From Chlorobiota bacterium (GTDB lineage Bacteria; Bacteroidota; Ignavibacteria; Kapaibacteriales; NICIL-2), in the NCBI GenBank assembly GCA_044228285.1, contig JBGAVD010000002.1, positions 545,653 through 609,652 on the forward strand: a DNA stretch of 64,000 bases. The letters run 5' to 3'. Below are positions 45,848-55,008 of this stretch, one piece after another. The translations under genes and the position numbers were made by a program. How positions within the stretch are numbered: the first letter of the stretch is position 1; the number at the start of each line of letters is the position of its first letter. The notes beneath the pieces are model-generated. The model was given only the letters and a program-made list of their open reading frames with translations. It did not search any database and was not told the origin of the DNA.

Positions 45848-48301
45848 ATGAAGTTCTCAATTCTCCTTATTCAGTTCTGTATCGTACTCCTCGTACTGTC
45901 TGGCTCACAGGCTTGCATCGTTCAAGCCCAAACCCAAAGCTCCCTTCGAGGAGTTGTGCTCGACGTACAGACACGAAAAGTGCTCCGGGGTGTTACGGTC
46001 ATGTTGCGAAATCTCAAAGACAGCAGTATTGTTCAAGGAGCCCGCACTAGCGCAAGTGGAGAGTATCGTTTGCTTCTGCCAAAAAATGGTCCAGATAAGG
46101 AGTTTGTACTACAAGCACAACGCATTGGATATGCGAAGTTGAGTCGGAGGATACACCTCGACTCAATGATACATCAGGTTGACACAATGGCATTGCACGA
46201 GTCTGCCAGCGTCACTGATGATATTGAAGTGTCTGCCTGGCGGAACTATGAGCAGATTGCTGTGGACAAGCGCAGTTACACGGTTGTGGACAATCCAAAC
46301 ATCACGGCTGTTAATGTGAGCGATATCCTCGACCAGATTCCCTCCGTTCAAGTTGACGAAAGCGGAAAAGTGTTGTTACGAGGGGACTCGAAGGTTCAGA
46401 TCATGGTTGATGGGCGACCATTGACGATGGATGCCGAGCAGACTGGAAAATTCCTTCAGCAGCTGTCCGCTAACAGCGTCGAGAAGATTGAAGTGATTAC
46501 AAATCCAGGGGCTCGTTACGACACGCGCTTTCAAGGAGGGATCATAAATTTAGTAAGTAGGAAGAGTTTAGGTGACAATCTCGGAGCACTGCTCGACGCA
46601 AGTGCGAGTACAATAGAACGTCGAAGTTTGTCTGCACAACTTATGTACTCAGATTCCACATTCACGAGTTCCTTGGGGCTCGGTTGGAATAGATGGTATG
46701 AGGCGTCGCAGTCGAACCACTATCGTTCAACTCCAACAGATAGCGCTTCGCGCAGCATGTCGAAACAGGCAGGCAACACATATACGAGCAACTCGTTCTA
46801 TCTACGGCCGCAGCTAAGTGTACGTCTTAGTGCATCAGACCAGTTGGTGCTAAACTCAACGATTAATGGCTCGAAGGCCGAGGGTCCGTTGTCAGGCAGC
46901 GGGCAACGTATGGGATCGCAGAATGAGCTCTTGCAACGAACAGGCGATACGTTGCGTTCTGATAAAGCAAGCATGTGGCTTGACCTTGCAGCAGTCTATA
47001 CACACCAGTTTACAGAAAAGGCGAACCTCGCTACAACTCTCGGTTATACCGAATATGCACCTTCGCAATACGATACAAGTACCGTCCTCCTTCGGGAACT
47101 CAGTGGTGAAATCGCCACTGATTTGTCGCTAATACAACGTTTAGGAATTCGTGAGAAACATCCTCAGGCGAATCTTCAGATTGCCTACACCACAGAGCTC
47201 TCAAGTAGATTCGAGATTGAAGGTGGTGTACGAGGCTCCATGACCAAGAATCAGAATACTTACGATGTGCAGACCTTTGATTTCAGCTCGAAGAACTTTT
47301 TCTCAGATAGTTTGGCTTCTCGCAATTCAAACACCTTTATGGACATGGCGACAGCCTATGCAAGTTCGAAGGTGAAGATTGATTCGCAGTGGTCCACGCA
47401 ACTTGGACTCTCATGCCTGTACGGACTCGTGGGTTCGACCGATATCACGAATCGTGTGGAGCGTTCCTACACTTATCTCTTTCCAAATGTGTCGATCTCA
47501 TATGATCTTAGCGCCGACTTTCATATTAATGCCGCATACAACAATCAAGTTGAATTTCCTGATGTTGATGATCTCAACCCACGAGTGTATAGAGTCAGTT
47601 CGACCTACACGATAGCAGGCAACCCGAATCTTAAACCGCAGGTCACACATTTCTATCAACTCGATCTCAATACCAATGGTGGCCCCTGGACTCTATTCTG
47701 TAGTCCCTTCTATCGCCGCAGCACCCAAATGATGCGTACCAGTGGACGTCTTGAAGGTGCGGTTGTTACTAACGTCATCGAGAACTTTGCAGCAGAATCC
47801 ACAACAGGCATGGATGTTCAGGTGGCGTTTCGTCAGCGAAAAGGACTCTCATCACGACTGAACCTTAGCATGTTTTCGTATCACAATGAAGGCAGCAGTC
47901 TCGCCGGCGATGTTGCAACTCAAGCCACATCCGCAACCGCAAACTGCAATGTCAGCTATCAGTTTGCCTCACCATTCTTAGTAGCGACGACATTTCGATA
48001 CAGTGCACCCACGAAGACCGCAAACGGCGATGTTCAGGCTTTCTATACATCATCTCTGTCCCTCACTGCAAAGTTCCTTGCGGAGGCACTAACCGTCAGA
48101 TTCCTTGTTGCAGACATATTCAATACTGAACGCAGGGGGCGCACTGTACTTGGAGAAGGGTATAGCTTGACTTCTGTTTCGAAACCTCAGTCGAGATATC
48201 TGATGCTCACTCTTAGTTATACTCTCGGACGCGAAGGTGTCTCACGACAAGAAAACCCGTCTCAGTCTGGACCTGGTTCAGGTGCAAGTCCTGGTGGCTA
48301 G
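45848..48301 (+). CDS. TonB-dependent-receptor-like outer-membrane protein (CarboxypepD_reg-like N-domain + plug + beta-barrel)
   Basis: Signal peptide MKFSILLIQFCIVLLVLSGSQA. The N-domain LRGVVLDVQTRKVLRGVTVMLRN...ASGEYRL is carboxypeptidase-regulatory-like. A plug-like segment reads ...VSDILDQIPSVQVDESGKVLLRGDSKVQIMVDGRPL. Long barrel region follows. Confidence 0.7.
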   Translation: MKFSILLIQFCIVLLVLSGSQACIVQAQTQSSLRGVVLDVQTRKVLRGVTVMLRNLKDSSIVQGARTSASGEYRLLLPKNGPDKEFVLQAQRIGYAKLSRRIHLDSMIHQVDTMALHESASVTDDIEVSAWRNYEQIAVDKRSYTVVDNPNITAVNVSDILDQIPSVQVDESGKVLLRGDSKVQIMVDGRPLTMDAEQTGKFLQQLSANSVEKIEVITNPGARYDTRFQGGIINLVSRKSLGDNLGALLDASASTIERRSLSAQLMYSDSTFTSSLGLGWNRWYEASQSNHYRSTPTDSASRSMSKQAGNTYTSNSFYLRPQLSVRLSASDQLVLNSTINGSKAEGPLSGSGQRMGSQNELLQRTGDTLRSDKASMWLDLAAVYTHQFTEKANLATTLGYTEYAPSQYDTSTVLLRELSGEIATDLSLIQRLGIREKHPQANLQIAYTTELSSRFEIEGGVRGSMTKNQNTYDVQTFDFSSKNFFSDSLASRNSNTFMDMATAYASSKVKIDSQWSTQLGLSCLYGLVGSTDITNRVERSYTYLFPNVSISYDLSADFHINAAYNNQVEFPDVDDLNPRVYRVSSTYTIAGNPNLKPQVTHFYQLDLNTNGGPWTLFCSPFYRRSTQMMRTSGRLEGAVVTNVIENFAAESTTGMDVQVAFRQRKGLSSRLNLSMFSYHNEGSSLAGDVATQATSATANCNVSYQFASPFLVATTFRYSAPTKTANGDVQAFYTSSLSLTAKFLAEALTVRFLVADIFNTERRGRTVLGEGYSLTSVSKPQSRYLMLTLSYTLGREGVSRQENPSQSGPGSGASPGG

Positions 48302-49248
48302 AAGATCTGCTTTGCATTAGCGCTCGTTGAATTTTTCTGTGCGACGACATTCTTCAAAACCCCCTTCAGCATCGTATGCGAGGAAAGTTCAAAGCATGGG
48401 CACTTCTTATCTGTTTGAGAAACCTATTGTAGTGTGGCGCGTCCTCAATGTCCATATGTCGGCGTAGCTGTGAGGTCAATCAGCGTATTTCGTTCTCCAA
48501 CGACCACAGCCCAACAACGAATGAGGCTGTACACTGAAAGCAGATTCCGACCTCAAGCGTAGTCTCAATAAACGACAAAGGCCACGAATCTCTTCGAGCG
48601 TAGGATGACGCAACCATATCGAGTGTTCAACGTTAAGCGTCTCTACACTGACTTCCAGTAGAGCTTTCCATATTCACCGCTATCGAGTGTCTTCATTGTC
48701 AGCAACCTAAGTACACCCTAGCTTCGCGAGGAAGTTAGTTAGGCGTGATTGCATTCTTTTGTAAGCCCGTCAAGTCCAGAGTACCAACAGCACGAAGGCT
48801 AGACTTTTGGAGCAAAGATGATGGGGAGTCGAGGTCTGTGTCGTGCAGGGTGAAAGTACTAGCCAGTAGCTGCGTTGCCTAACATGATAGGTCTATTGGC
48901 AAACAAGCTCTGGTCATTCCTTCGAAACTTGCTCCATGTATTGGCATACGTTGATGGAGAGTACTTCGGAGATGTACCAATGCGTCAATAGACATCATCT
49001 GAATTTGTACTGAGTTCTATCGGGGTTGCTGCAAGTCCTTCCATAAACCACAACTTCAATTAGCAATTCCTCTGTACTCCTTGCGCTTTAAGCGGGGTAC
49101 ATTGAAACTTAACACTGAGAGTTTTACTATTCTACCTCCCAGACTTGGCCGTATCTACTCCTCGACTTTCAGTCAAGAATACTTTCTAACCCATTGTAGA
49201 AAGGGCAGAGAGCAGAGCTTAGGTGTTTAAAAGTAATCCAGAGGCAAG

Positions 49249-49318
49249 AAAAAAAGAAGAGCCCATCGACGAAGTCGATCGGCTCTTCTAAAAAGGCTGC
49301 TGAGTTAAATTCAGCAGT
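49249..49318 (-). terminator. Rho-independent terminator (two tandem hairpins, the second followed by U7 on the minus strand) downstream of the Omp28-like gene
   Basis: Hairpin 1: CTGCTGA-gttaaat-TCAGCAG at 49298–49318. Hairpin 2: GAAGAGCC-CATCGACGAAGTCGATC-GGCTCTTC at 49256–49288, followed on the minus strand by TTTTTTT (49249–49255). Confidence 0.7.
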
Positions 49319-49325
49319 ACATTTC

Positions 49326-51773
49326 TTACTTGATAACCACAACAGGAACAAAAGTGCTAGCTGCACCTGAGCTCATTACCAAGCGGTATGAACCAGCTGC
49401 AACAGAGCTTGCATTGAATACTGTAGAGTAGGTACCAGGAGCCATCATGCCATTTGCAAGACGAGCAACGGTGTTACCAAGAGCGTCTACAACTTGAATA
49501 GTTACGAACTGTGTGGAGTTACCAGCAACAGTGTAGCTAATCTTTGAAACATCACTTACAGGGTTTGGAGCTGCGCTGAGGCTAAGTGAACCATCGCTGC
49601 TTGTACCTGGTTCAACGGAAGCAACAACTTCAGCTGTACCATTCACTGCAAATGTGATTTCTCCATCAGATGCTGACTTTGCATTCGAGATAACAGTGCA
49701 ATAGGTAGCAAGATCGTCTGGATATGTTGTTGTTGGTGAGAAGGTCAAGGTCAACATACGCTTTTCGCCAGCTGGGATAACGAGAGGGAACTTCTCCTTC
49801 ATTGTCCACTTGAATACAGCAGCATAGGTTGTGTCAATGTCAATACCGGTGATCGTAAGATCAGCTGTACCTGAGCTCTTGAGCTCAACATCAACGGACT
49901 TCGAGGTGCCGATGCCAACTTTACCAAAATCAACGCTTGAGGAGATACCTGTACCTGTGATTTTGAGGTCAGGATTCTTCACAACAGTGATTTCTGCGGT
50001 CAACCAATCCATCATCTTACCATAGAATGCATTGCGAGCGGTTGCGTTGCCAATTGCCTCAGCGTTGAAGCCAAGAATGATTGCGCGGGAAGCATCTGTT
50101 TGAATACGCACACCTGCAGAAGAACCTTCATCATCACCATAATTCAAGAAGGTAGCGATGTTTGGAATGCTGCTTTCGAAGGTTACATCTTCTGAGAAGG
50201 TGTTGTACATCGAGGTTGATGTGTTCAAGTTCAGAGCAAGATTGTCACCGATCACATCACCCTTAACGCCGTTTACAACATATGCAATTGGTGCACCTGT
50301 TGAACTGTTTACGTGGATGGTTGGATCAGGGCTATTGGTATTCAAGCCAAGGTTCATGAAGAAGTTGTTCCAGCCTTGTGGAGCACTTGGAACCTTCATA
50401 GCATTGTAGATACCTGCATCTGCAAAGAACAGGAGGCGCTTGCCACCGTTGAAGAGTTCATTAACCAAGCCAGCAAGTTCGTCGTTAACGAATTGACCGC
50501 GGTTAGCGAAGTCGATAGGGCAGATGATTGTTGAGAATGGGGTGTTACCAAGTGCATTGAACACAGCTTGTGCAGCAGGAACATAAGCAACTTCATTCTT
50601 GTACTTTGTCAAGCCATTGATGGTCTTGTATGCATCAGCAACTCCGTTAGCTGAATAGCCAGAGAGTACACAGTATTTTGTGTTATCAGCAACATAACCG
50701 AAGGTGTATGAGGTTTCGATGTTCAAACCAGCGGTAGTTGGAACTGCCTTTACTGTTGCAAATACAGATCCGCCGTTGTTGCCAGCATTGAAGCTCACAT
50801 CAACGGTCGCTGTGCCCTTTGCAGGTACGCTAACGGTATTTGACGAAAGTGTTGGAGCTGACCAATCTGCTGGAACTGCAGGAGTTGCAGCGAAATCAAC
50901 GTTAACGGTCAAAGTCGATGAAGAAGGATTTGTAAGTGTAATGGTCTTCTTCACTGTCTTTGCACGTGCCGTCATCATGAACTGAGCTTCTGTTGAGCTA
51001 ATGTTCACCTTGTTTGAAACGCTTTCGAAATCGGTACCAGCTTGAAGAACTTCCTTGGTGGTCATGTTCTGAATGAACGCAATCACGTATGGAGTGTTCC
51101 AAAGCGTGGTATTTGTACCCATTGTGTAGGTGTAGTTAACGGTCTTTTCTTCACCGGCAGCGATGGAGAATGTTGCGCCATTGATGTTTGGCAAAGCCTT
51201 CAACAAGCAATGATCGAAATCGGTGTAACGGGTGTATTGGTTGCTCTTTACAGCTGAATAATCTTTCAAGTCTGCAAAGTAGTTAACGACCTGTGTGTGC
51301 AAGCTCACACCACTGATTGCCTTGGTGCCATCATTCTTGACCTTCACGGTCACCTTGATAGGTGATGTAGAGCGATCTTCTGTGATGGTGATAAGCAATG
51401 GTGATTGTTGAGCAAGAAATGGCGCAGCAACAGATTGAAGCGATGCAACAGATGCTACAGAAGCGGTCTTGCCACTAATGAACGCAGCAGGAATACCTTG
51501 TACACCGTACCAATCGTGACGGGATCTGTTCAGAGTGTTATCCAACAGATTATATGGATCACCAGGTGCTGGATAGTTCTGGTGGTACGTAACTGAAATG
51601 ACATTTGGCATCTTTGCAAATGCATCACAGTTTGGCTTGTACACTGCGCATGGCGGACATGTCATAGCAGTGAACTCTTCGAACAACACCTGACGTGGGT
51701 GCTGCGCGTAAGCAGTACTGATCGCTACTGCAGAAAACAGAGTAGCATAAAAGAGTGTACGAAATAGCTTCAT
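49326..51773 (-). CDS. Omp28-related (thioredoxin-like CPPC N-domain) secreted protein with T9SS C-terminal sorting domain
   Basis: Signal peptide MKLFRTLFYATLFSAVAISTAYAQ. N-domain VLFEEFTAMTCPPCA matches the start of Omp28-family proteins. C-terminal ...APNPVSDVSKISYTV...GSYRLVMSSGAASTFVPVVVIK is a T9SS CTD. Confidence 0.7.
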   Translation of the reverse strand: MKLFRTLFYATLFSAVAISTAYAQHPRQVLFEEFTAMTCPPCAVYKPNCDAFAKMPNVISVTYHQNYPAPGDPYNLLDNTLNRSRHDWYGVQGIPAAFISGKTASVASVASLQSVAAPFLAQQSPLLITITEDRSTSPIKVTVKVKNDGTKAISGVSLHTQVVNYFADLKDYSAVKSNQYTRYTDFDHCLLKALPNINGATFSIAAGEEKTVNYTYTMGTNTTLWNTPYVIAFIQNMTTKEVLQAGTDFESVSNKVNISSTEAQFMMTARAKTVKKTITLTNPSSSTLTVNVDFAATPAVPADWSAPTLSSNTVSVPAKGTATVDVSFNAGNNGGSVFATVKAVPTTAGLNIETSYTFGYVADNTKYCVLSGYSANGVADAYKTINGLTKYKNEVAYVPAAQAVFNALGNTPFSTIICPIDFANRGQFVNDELAGLVNELFNGGKRLLFFADAGIYNAMKVPSAPQGWNNFFMNLGLNTNSPDPTIHVNSSTGAPIAYVVNGVKGDVIGDNLALNLNTSTSMYNTFSEDVTFESSIPNIATFLNYGDDEGSSAGVRIQTDASRAIILGFNAEAIGNATARNAFYGKMMDWLTAEITVVKNPDLKITGTGISSSVDFGKVGIGTSKSVDVELKSSGTADLTITGIDIDTTYAAVFKWTMKEKFPLVIPAGEKRMLTLTFSPTTTYPDDLATYCTVISNAKSASDGEITFAVNGTAEVVASVEPGTSSDGSLSLSAAPNPVSDVSKISYTVAGNSTQFVTIQVVDALGNTVARLANGMMAPGTYSTVFNASSVAAGSYRLVMSSGAASTFVPVVVIK

Positions 51774-52390
51774 ACATTGACTCCTGTATAATAATGTGGA
51801 TAAACCTGAATTAGAGTTATAACTAGAATGATTTCAACAATGTTCGACAATGAATGACTTGCTTGTCTGGAATCCCTCTCACCCTACCACTTGGTACTTT
51901 GTGCCTAACATGTATCATGACATAGCCTTATGCTCGATAAGCACGCTCTATCTTGTCCGTAAATTGCGGGATTACTATGTAATAACAAAAGAAAATTTTC
52001 ATTTGTTTCCCACCATTAACAGAATCAGAGGCGTCTTTGAGCTTGATGTCAAAAAATTCATACAGTTGCCTCTTTTCTGCCCAAAAATGCAGTGTATTGT
52101 CTGATCTGCACTTTGGTATGAGTGCAGCGATCCGAGCTCATGACGCCCGTACTCTGGTGTCAACGGAACACTGAGGACTCTTCATTTGGCTAGACGAAGG
52201 TGGGTGAGAATGTTCGATGTGCAGATGACTGGAGTGGAGAAATTCTGAATGCAGACATTTCTTGGCACATAACTCTGCAATCCAACGCTTGGTTCCGAAC
52301 CTCTGCGTCAATGTTTGAACATTAAAAAAGTGTCCTAGAACCTGGCATGCTTCAGCTAATGCAGAAATACAGGAACGGGAATGAGGAAGG

Positions 52391-54949
52391 TCAGCGTTGT
52401 ATCATGAAAGCCTCTGATATTACTTTGTCATGGCTTTGAATGATGCAGTAGTATGTTCCATTGCAGAGCTGATCGATTGCCAAGCGACTCTGCAACTGCT
52501 GCTGAGCGTGACTGAGCTGCTGCTCTGAGCGCTGAACTTCACGACCGAACACGTCGACGATTGAAATTCGACAATAGCCGCTAAGCCCAACATTTGCAAG
52601 GATCTGAATGTGCTCACGGGCTGGATTTGGACTAATGTGTATTTGCTTCTGGTCGGCGTACTCTGCTGCCTCAATACCAACGCTACTTTCTGGGATCCAA
52701 GCTGCGATGAACGAACTCACCGATGTACCAGCTTTGCTAAAATCCCCACTGAAGAACACGGTGTCATTGAGAACGCAGATTCCTGTTACAACATTGTTCA
52801 GCCCACTGCCTAAGGCGTACCAACGTTTCTGTTTGAGGTTCCACACAGCTGCGTTGTTGGCAACTACGTCGCCAACTCCACTGAAACGTCCGCCAATATA
52901 GAGTTCATCGCCCTGCAAAGCCATTGCATACACTTCACCTCCAGTGAGACCGCCAGCAAGGTCAAACCACTCGTGTCCATCCCAATAAGCTATACCATTT
53001 ACCGGCTTGTTGCCACGTCGGCTCATGTAGCCTGCCGCAAATACTTCATCACCGCGAGTCACGAGAGCGTTTATCCCGTTGAATCCATCGCCAGCTGCGA
53101 AGGGGAAGCAGTCCCATTGAGCGTTGCTCCATTGCGACAAACCATTGCACGCATTTGATCCAATCGAATAATAAGAGCCTCCAACGAGGATGGTTTGGTT
53201 TGAACCCTCCGCTAAGGCTGTCACAGGATTGTAGAAGTTTGAAGAGTCAATTCCGTTGTTGAGTGCAGACCAACTGCTGCCATCCCAGAGTGCAATCGAG
53301 TTGCAGACAGTATTGCCCATACTAATGAAAGCCCCGCCAACATATAGCTGAGTCCCGCGCTTCAGGAAAGCACTGACATTAGCTCGATCCCAGGCTGAAG
53401 ATCCTGTTGCACTTCCGCCAAGGGCGTGAACGGTGGAACCGTCGAAGGCAATGAGACTATTTGCTTGCACACTACCGCAACCAGTGAAATCACCGCCGAT
53501 AAGGAATTCGTCGTTGTATTTAGCGACACTATAGATAGCTGGCGACTTCCAAGGGGGAGTTGTACGCTGATTGGTTCTGCCAAGAAATGCTCCGGGAATG
53601 CCACTGCCAATTTGCTGCCACTGCTGGTCGCGCCAGCGTGCAATGTTCGCCACCGGAATTTCACCGCTGTGTGTGAAGAGTCCAGCTGCAATGAGCTCTC
53701 CGTCGAGTACACTACACACACATGAGTTATCGAAACCCATTGAGGAGTTTGCGTGCAGACGAAACCAATCGTTAGATATGTTTGAAAAGCCGGCGATGTT
53801 GAGCGAGAAGTGTCCGCCAGCTTGTCGGAACCTGCCAGCAACAATGGTTGTATCCGTGCTCAACGCGATGCAACGCATCCACGGACTACGCTCATGATCA
53901 GAAACACCGCTAGCTAAACCATACCAACGGGATGTCGAGCGATCCCAGCGACCAATGCCAAAAACGATGGTGTTGTTGATCTGGGTCAACGAGTCGCCAA
54001 TCACATAGAGATCCTTCGACGATAGCGCGCAAGCTCGCAGCGCAGCATTCTTATTCTCAAGTTGGTCAATAGGTGCGGACCAATCCGTTCCGTTGTATAG
54101 CAACAGGTTAGGTGCGTACACTTGCTTGTTGTTGACAATCACTGAATCAAAAGCGCCGACGAGTGCGAGAAGGGAATCGGATGTAGCAAGATCGTAGATT
54201 AGGTTGGCTTTTCTGTGACCTAGGCGAAAACCTAGGAGGGACTCTGCATTTTGCCAACGCTGCCCATCCCAACATACGAAACTAGTAGCCGTAAGATCAC
54301 CCGCTACATCTTTGAAAGTGCCTGCTACAAATAGCTTGTCTTGATAGACACAAAGTGCAGAGATCTCGCCATTGAGACCATTCGCGATTCCGTTGCCGAG
54401 AGATTTCCATTCCTGCCCATCCCATCGTGCTATGTTTCGGCATGCGCGATTGCCCGCAACTGAGAAATCGCCGCTTGCATAGAGCTCGCCACGATATACA
54501 CAAAGCAGCGTAACATCACCGTTTGTACCGCCACCCATTGCATGCCACTTTTGATCGTTTTTGTCAAAGCGTGCGATGTGCTGACACGAATTCGCTCCTG
54601 ATCGAATGAACATTCCTGCGGCAACCACGTCACCGTTGAACATTGCCAAAGCACGAACGGACGAGTCTAAACCTCGACCCATTTCGCGCCATTGTTGGCT
54701 AGGAACATCATAGGCTACTACGTTATCTGTTGGCACCACAAATCGCCCACCTATGTAGTATGTACTCCCATCAATAAGAACAGCCGCAATCGGCAGTGAG
54801 TCTCGCGAGATTGAGGTATCAGCAGCTTGAATACCGGGCAAACCAAAACGTGTACTCCAGCGCCTATCGTCATAGATTCCAGCCTTGCTGCTATCACTAC
54901 ACATGATAGATACGAACGTGATGCAAAGGGAGAGGAAGGTCAGTCTCAT
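52391..54949 (-). CDS. Kelch-type beta-propeller repeat protein with T9SS C-terminal sorting domain (paralog B)
   Basis: Signal peptide MRLTFLSLCITFVSIMCSDSSKA (internal start). The ORF is open to an ATG at 55012, which overlaps the upstream stop as ATGA. At least 12 repeats follow LYVGGxF...GxxxANNIAxWDGxxWxxLGxG. C-terminal ...IHISPNPAREHIQI...GTYYCIIQSHDKVISEAFMIQR is CTD-like. Confidence 0.7.
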   Translation of the reverse strand: MRLTFLSLCITFVSIMCSDSSKAGIYDDRRWSTRFGLPGIQAADTSISRDSLPIAAVLIDGSTYYIGGRFVVPTDNVVAYDVPSQQWREMGRGLDSSVRALAMFNGDVVAAGMFIRSGANSCQHIARFDKNDQKWHAMGGGTNGDVTLLCVYRGELYASGDFSVAGNRACRNIARWDGQEWKSLGNGIANGLNGEISALCVYQDKLFVAGTFKDVAGDLTATSFVCWDGQRWQNAESLLGFRLGHRKANLIYDLATSDSLLALVGAFDSVIVNNKQVYAPNLLLYNGTDWSAPIDQLENKNAALRACALSSKDLYVIGDSLTQINNTIVFGIGRWDRSTSRWYGLASGVSDHERSPWMRCIALSTDTTIVAGRFRQAGGHFSLNIAGFSNISNDWFRLHANSSMGFDNSCVCSVLDGELIAAGLFTHSGEIPVANIARWRDQQWQQIGSGIPGAFLGRTNQRTTPPWKSPAIYSVAKYNDEFLIGGDFTGCGSVQANSLIAFDGSTVHALGGSATGSSAWDRANVSAFLKRGTQLYVGGAFISMGNTVCNSIALWDGSSWSALNNGIDSSNFYNPVTALAEGSNQTILVGGSYYSIGSNACNGLSQWSNAQWDCFPFAAGDGFNGINALVTRGDEVFAAGYMSRRGNKPVNGIAYWDGHEWFDLAGGLTGGEVYAMALQGDELYIGGRFSGVGDVVANNAAVWNLKQKRWYALGSGLNNVVTGICVLNDTVFFSGDFSKAGTSVSSFIAAWIPESSVGIEAAEYADQKQIHISPNPAREHIQILANVGLSGYCRISIVDVFGREVQRSEQQLSHAQQQLQSRLAIDQLCNGTYYCIIQSHDKVISEAFMIQR

Positions 54950-55008
54950 GGTTCTACGATCTCTGCAAGCTTGTGCAGGAGAGTGCTCATATTTCAATTC
55001 TGTGTTTC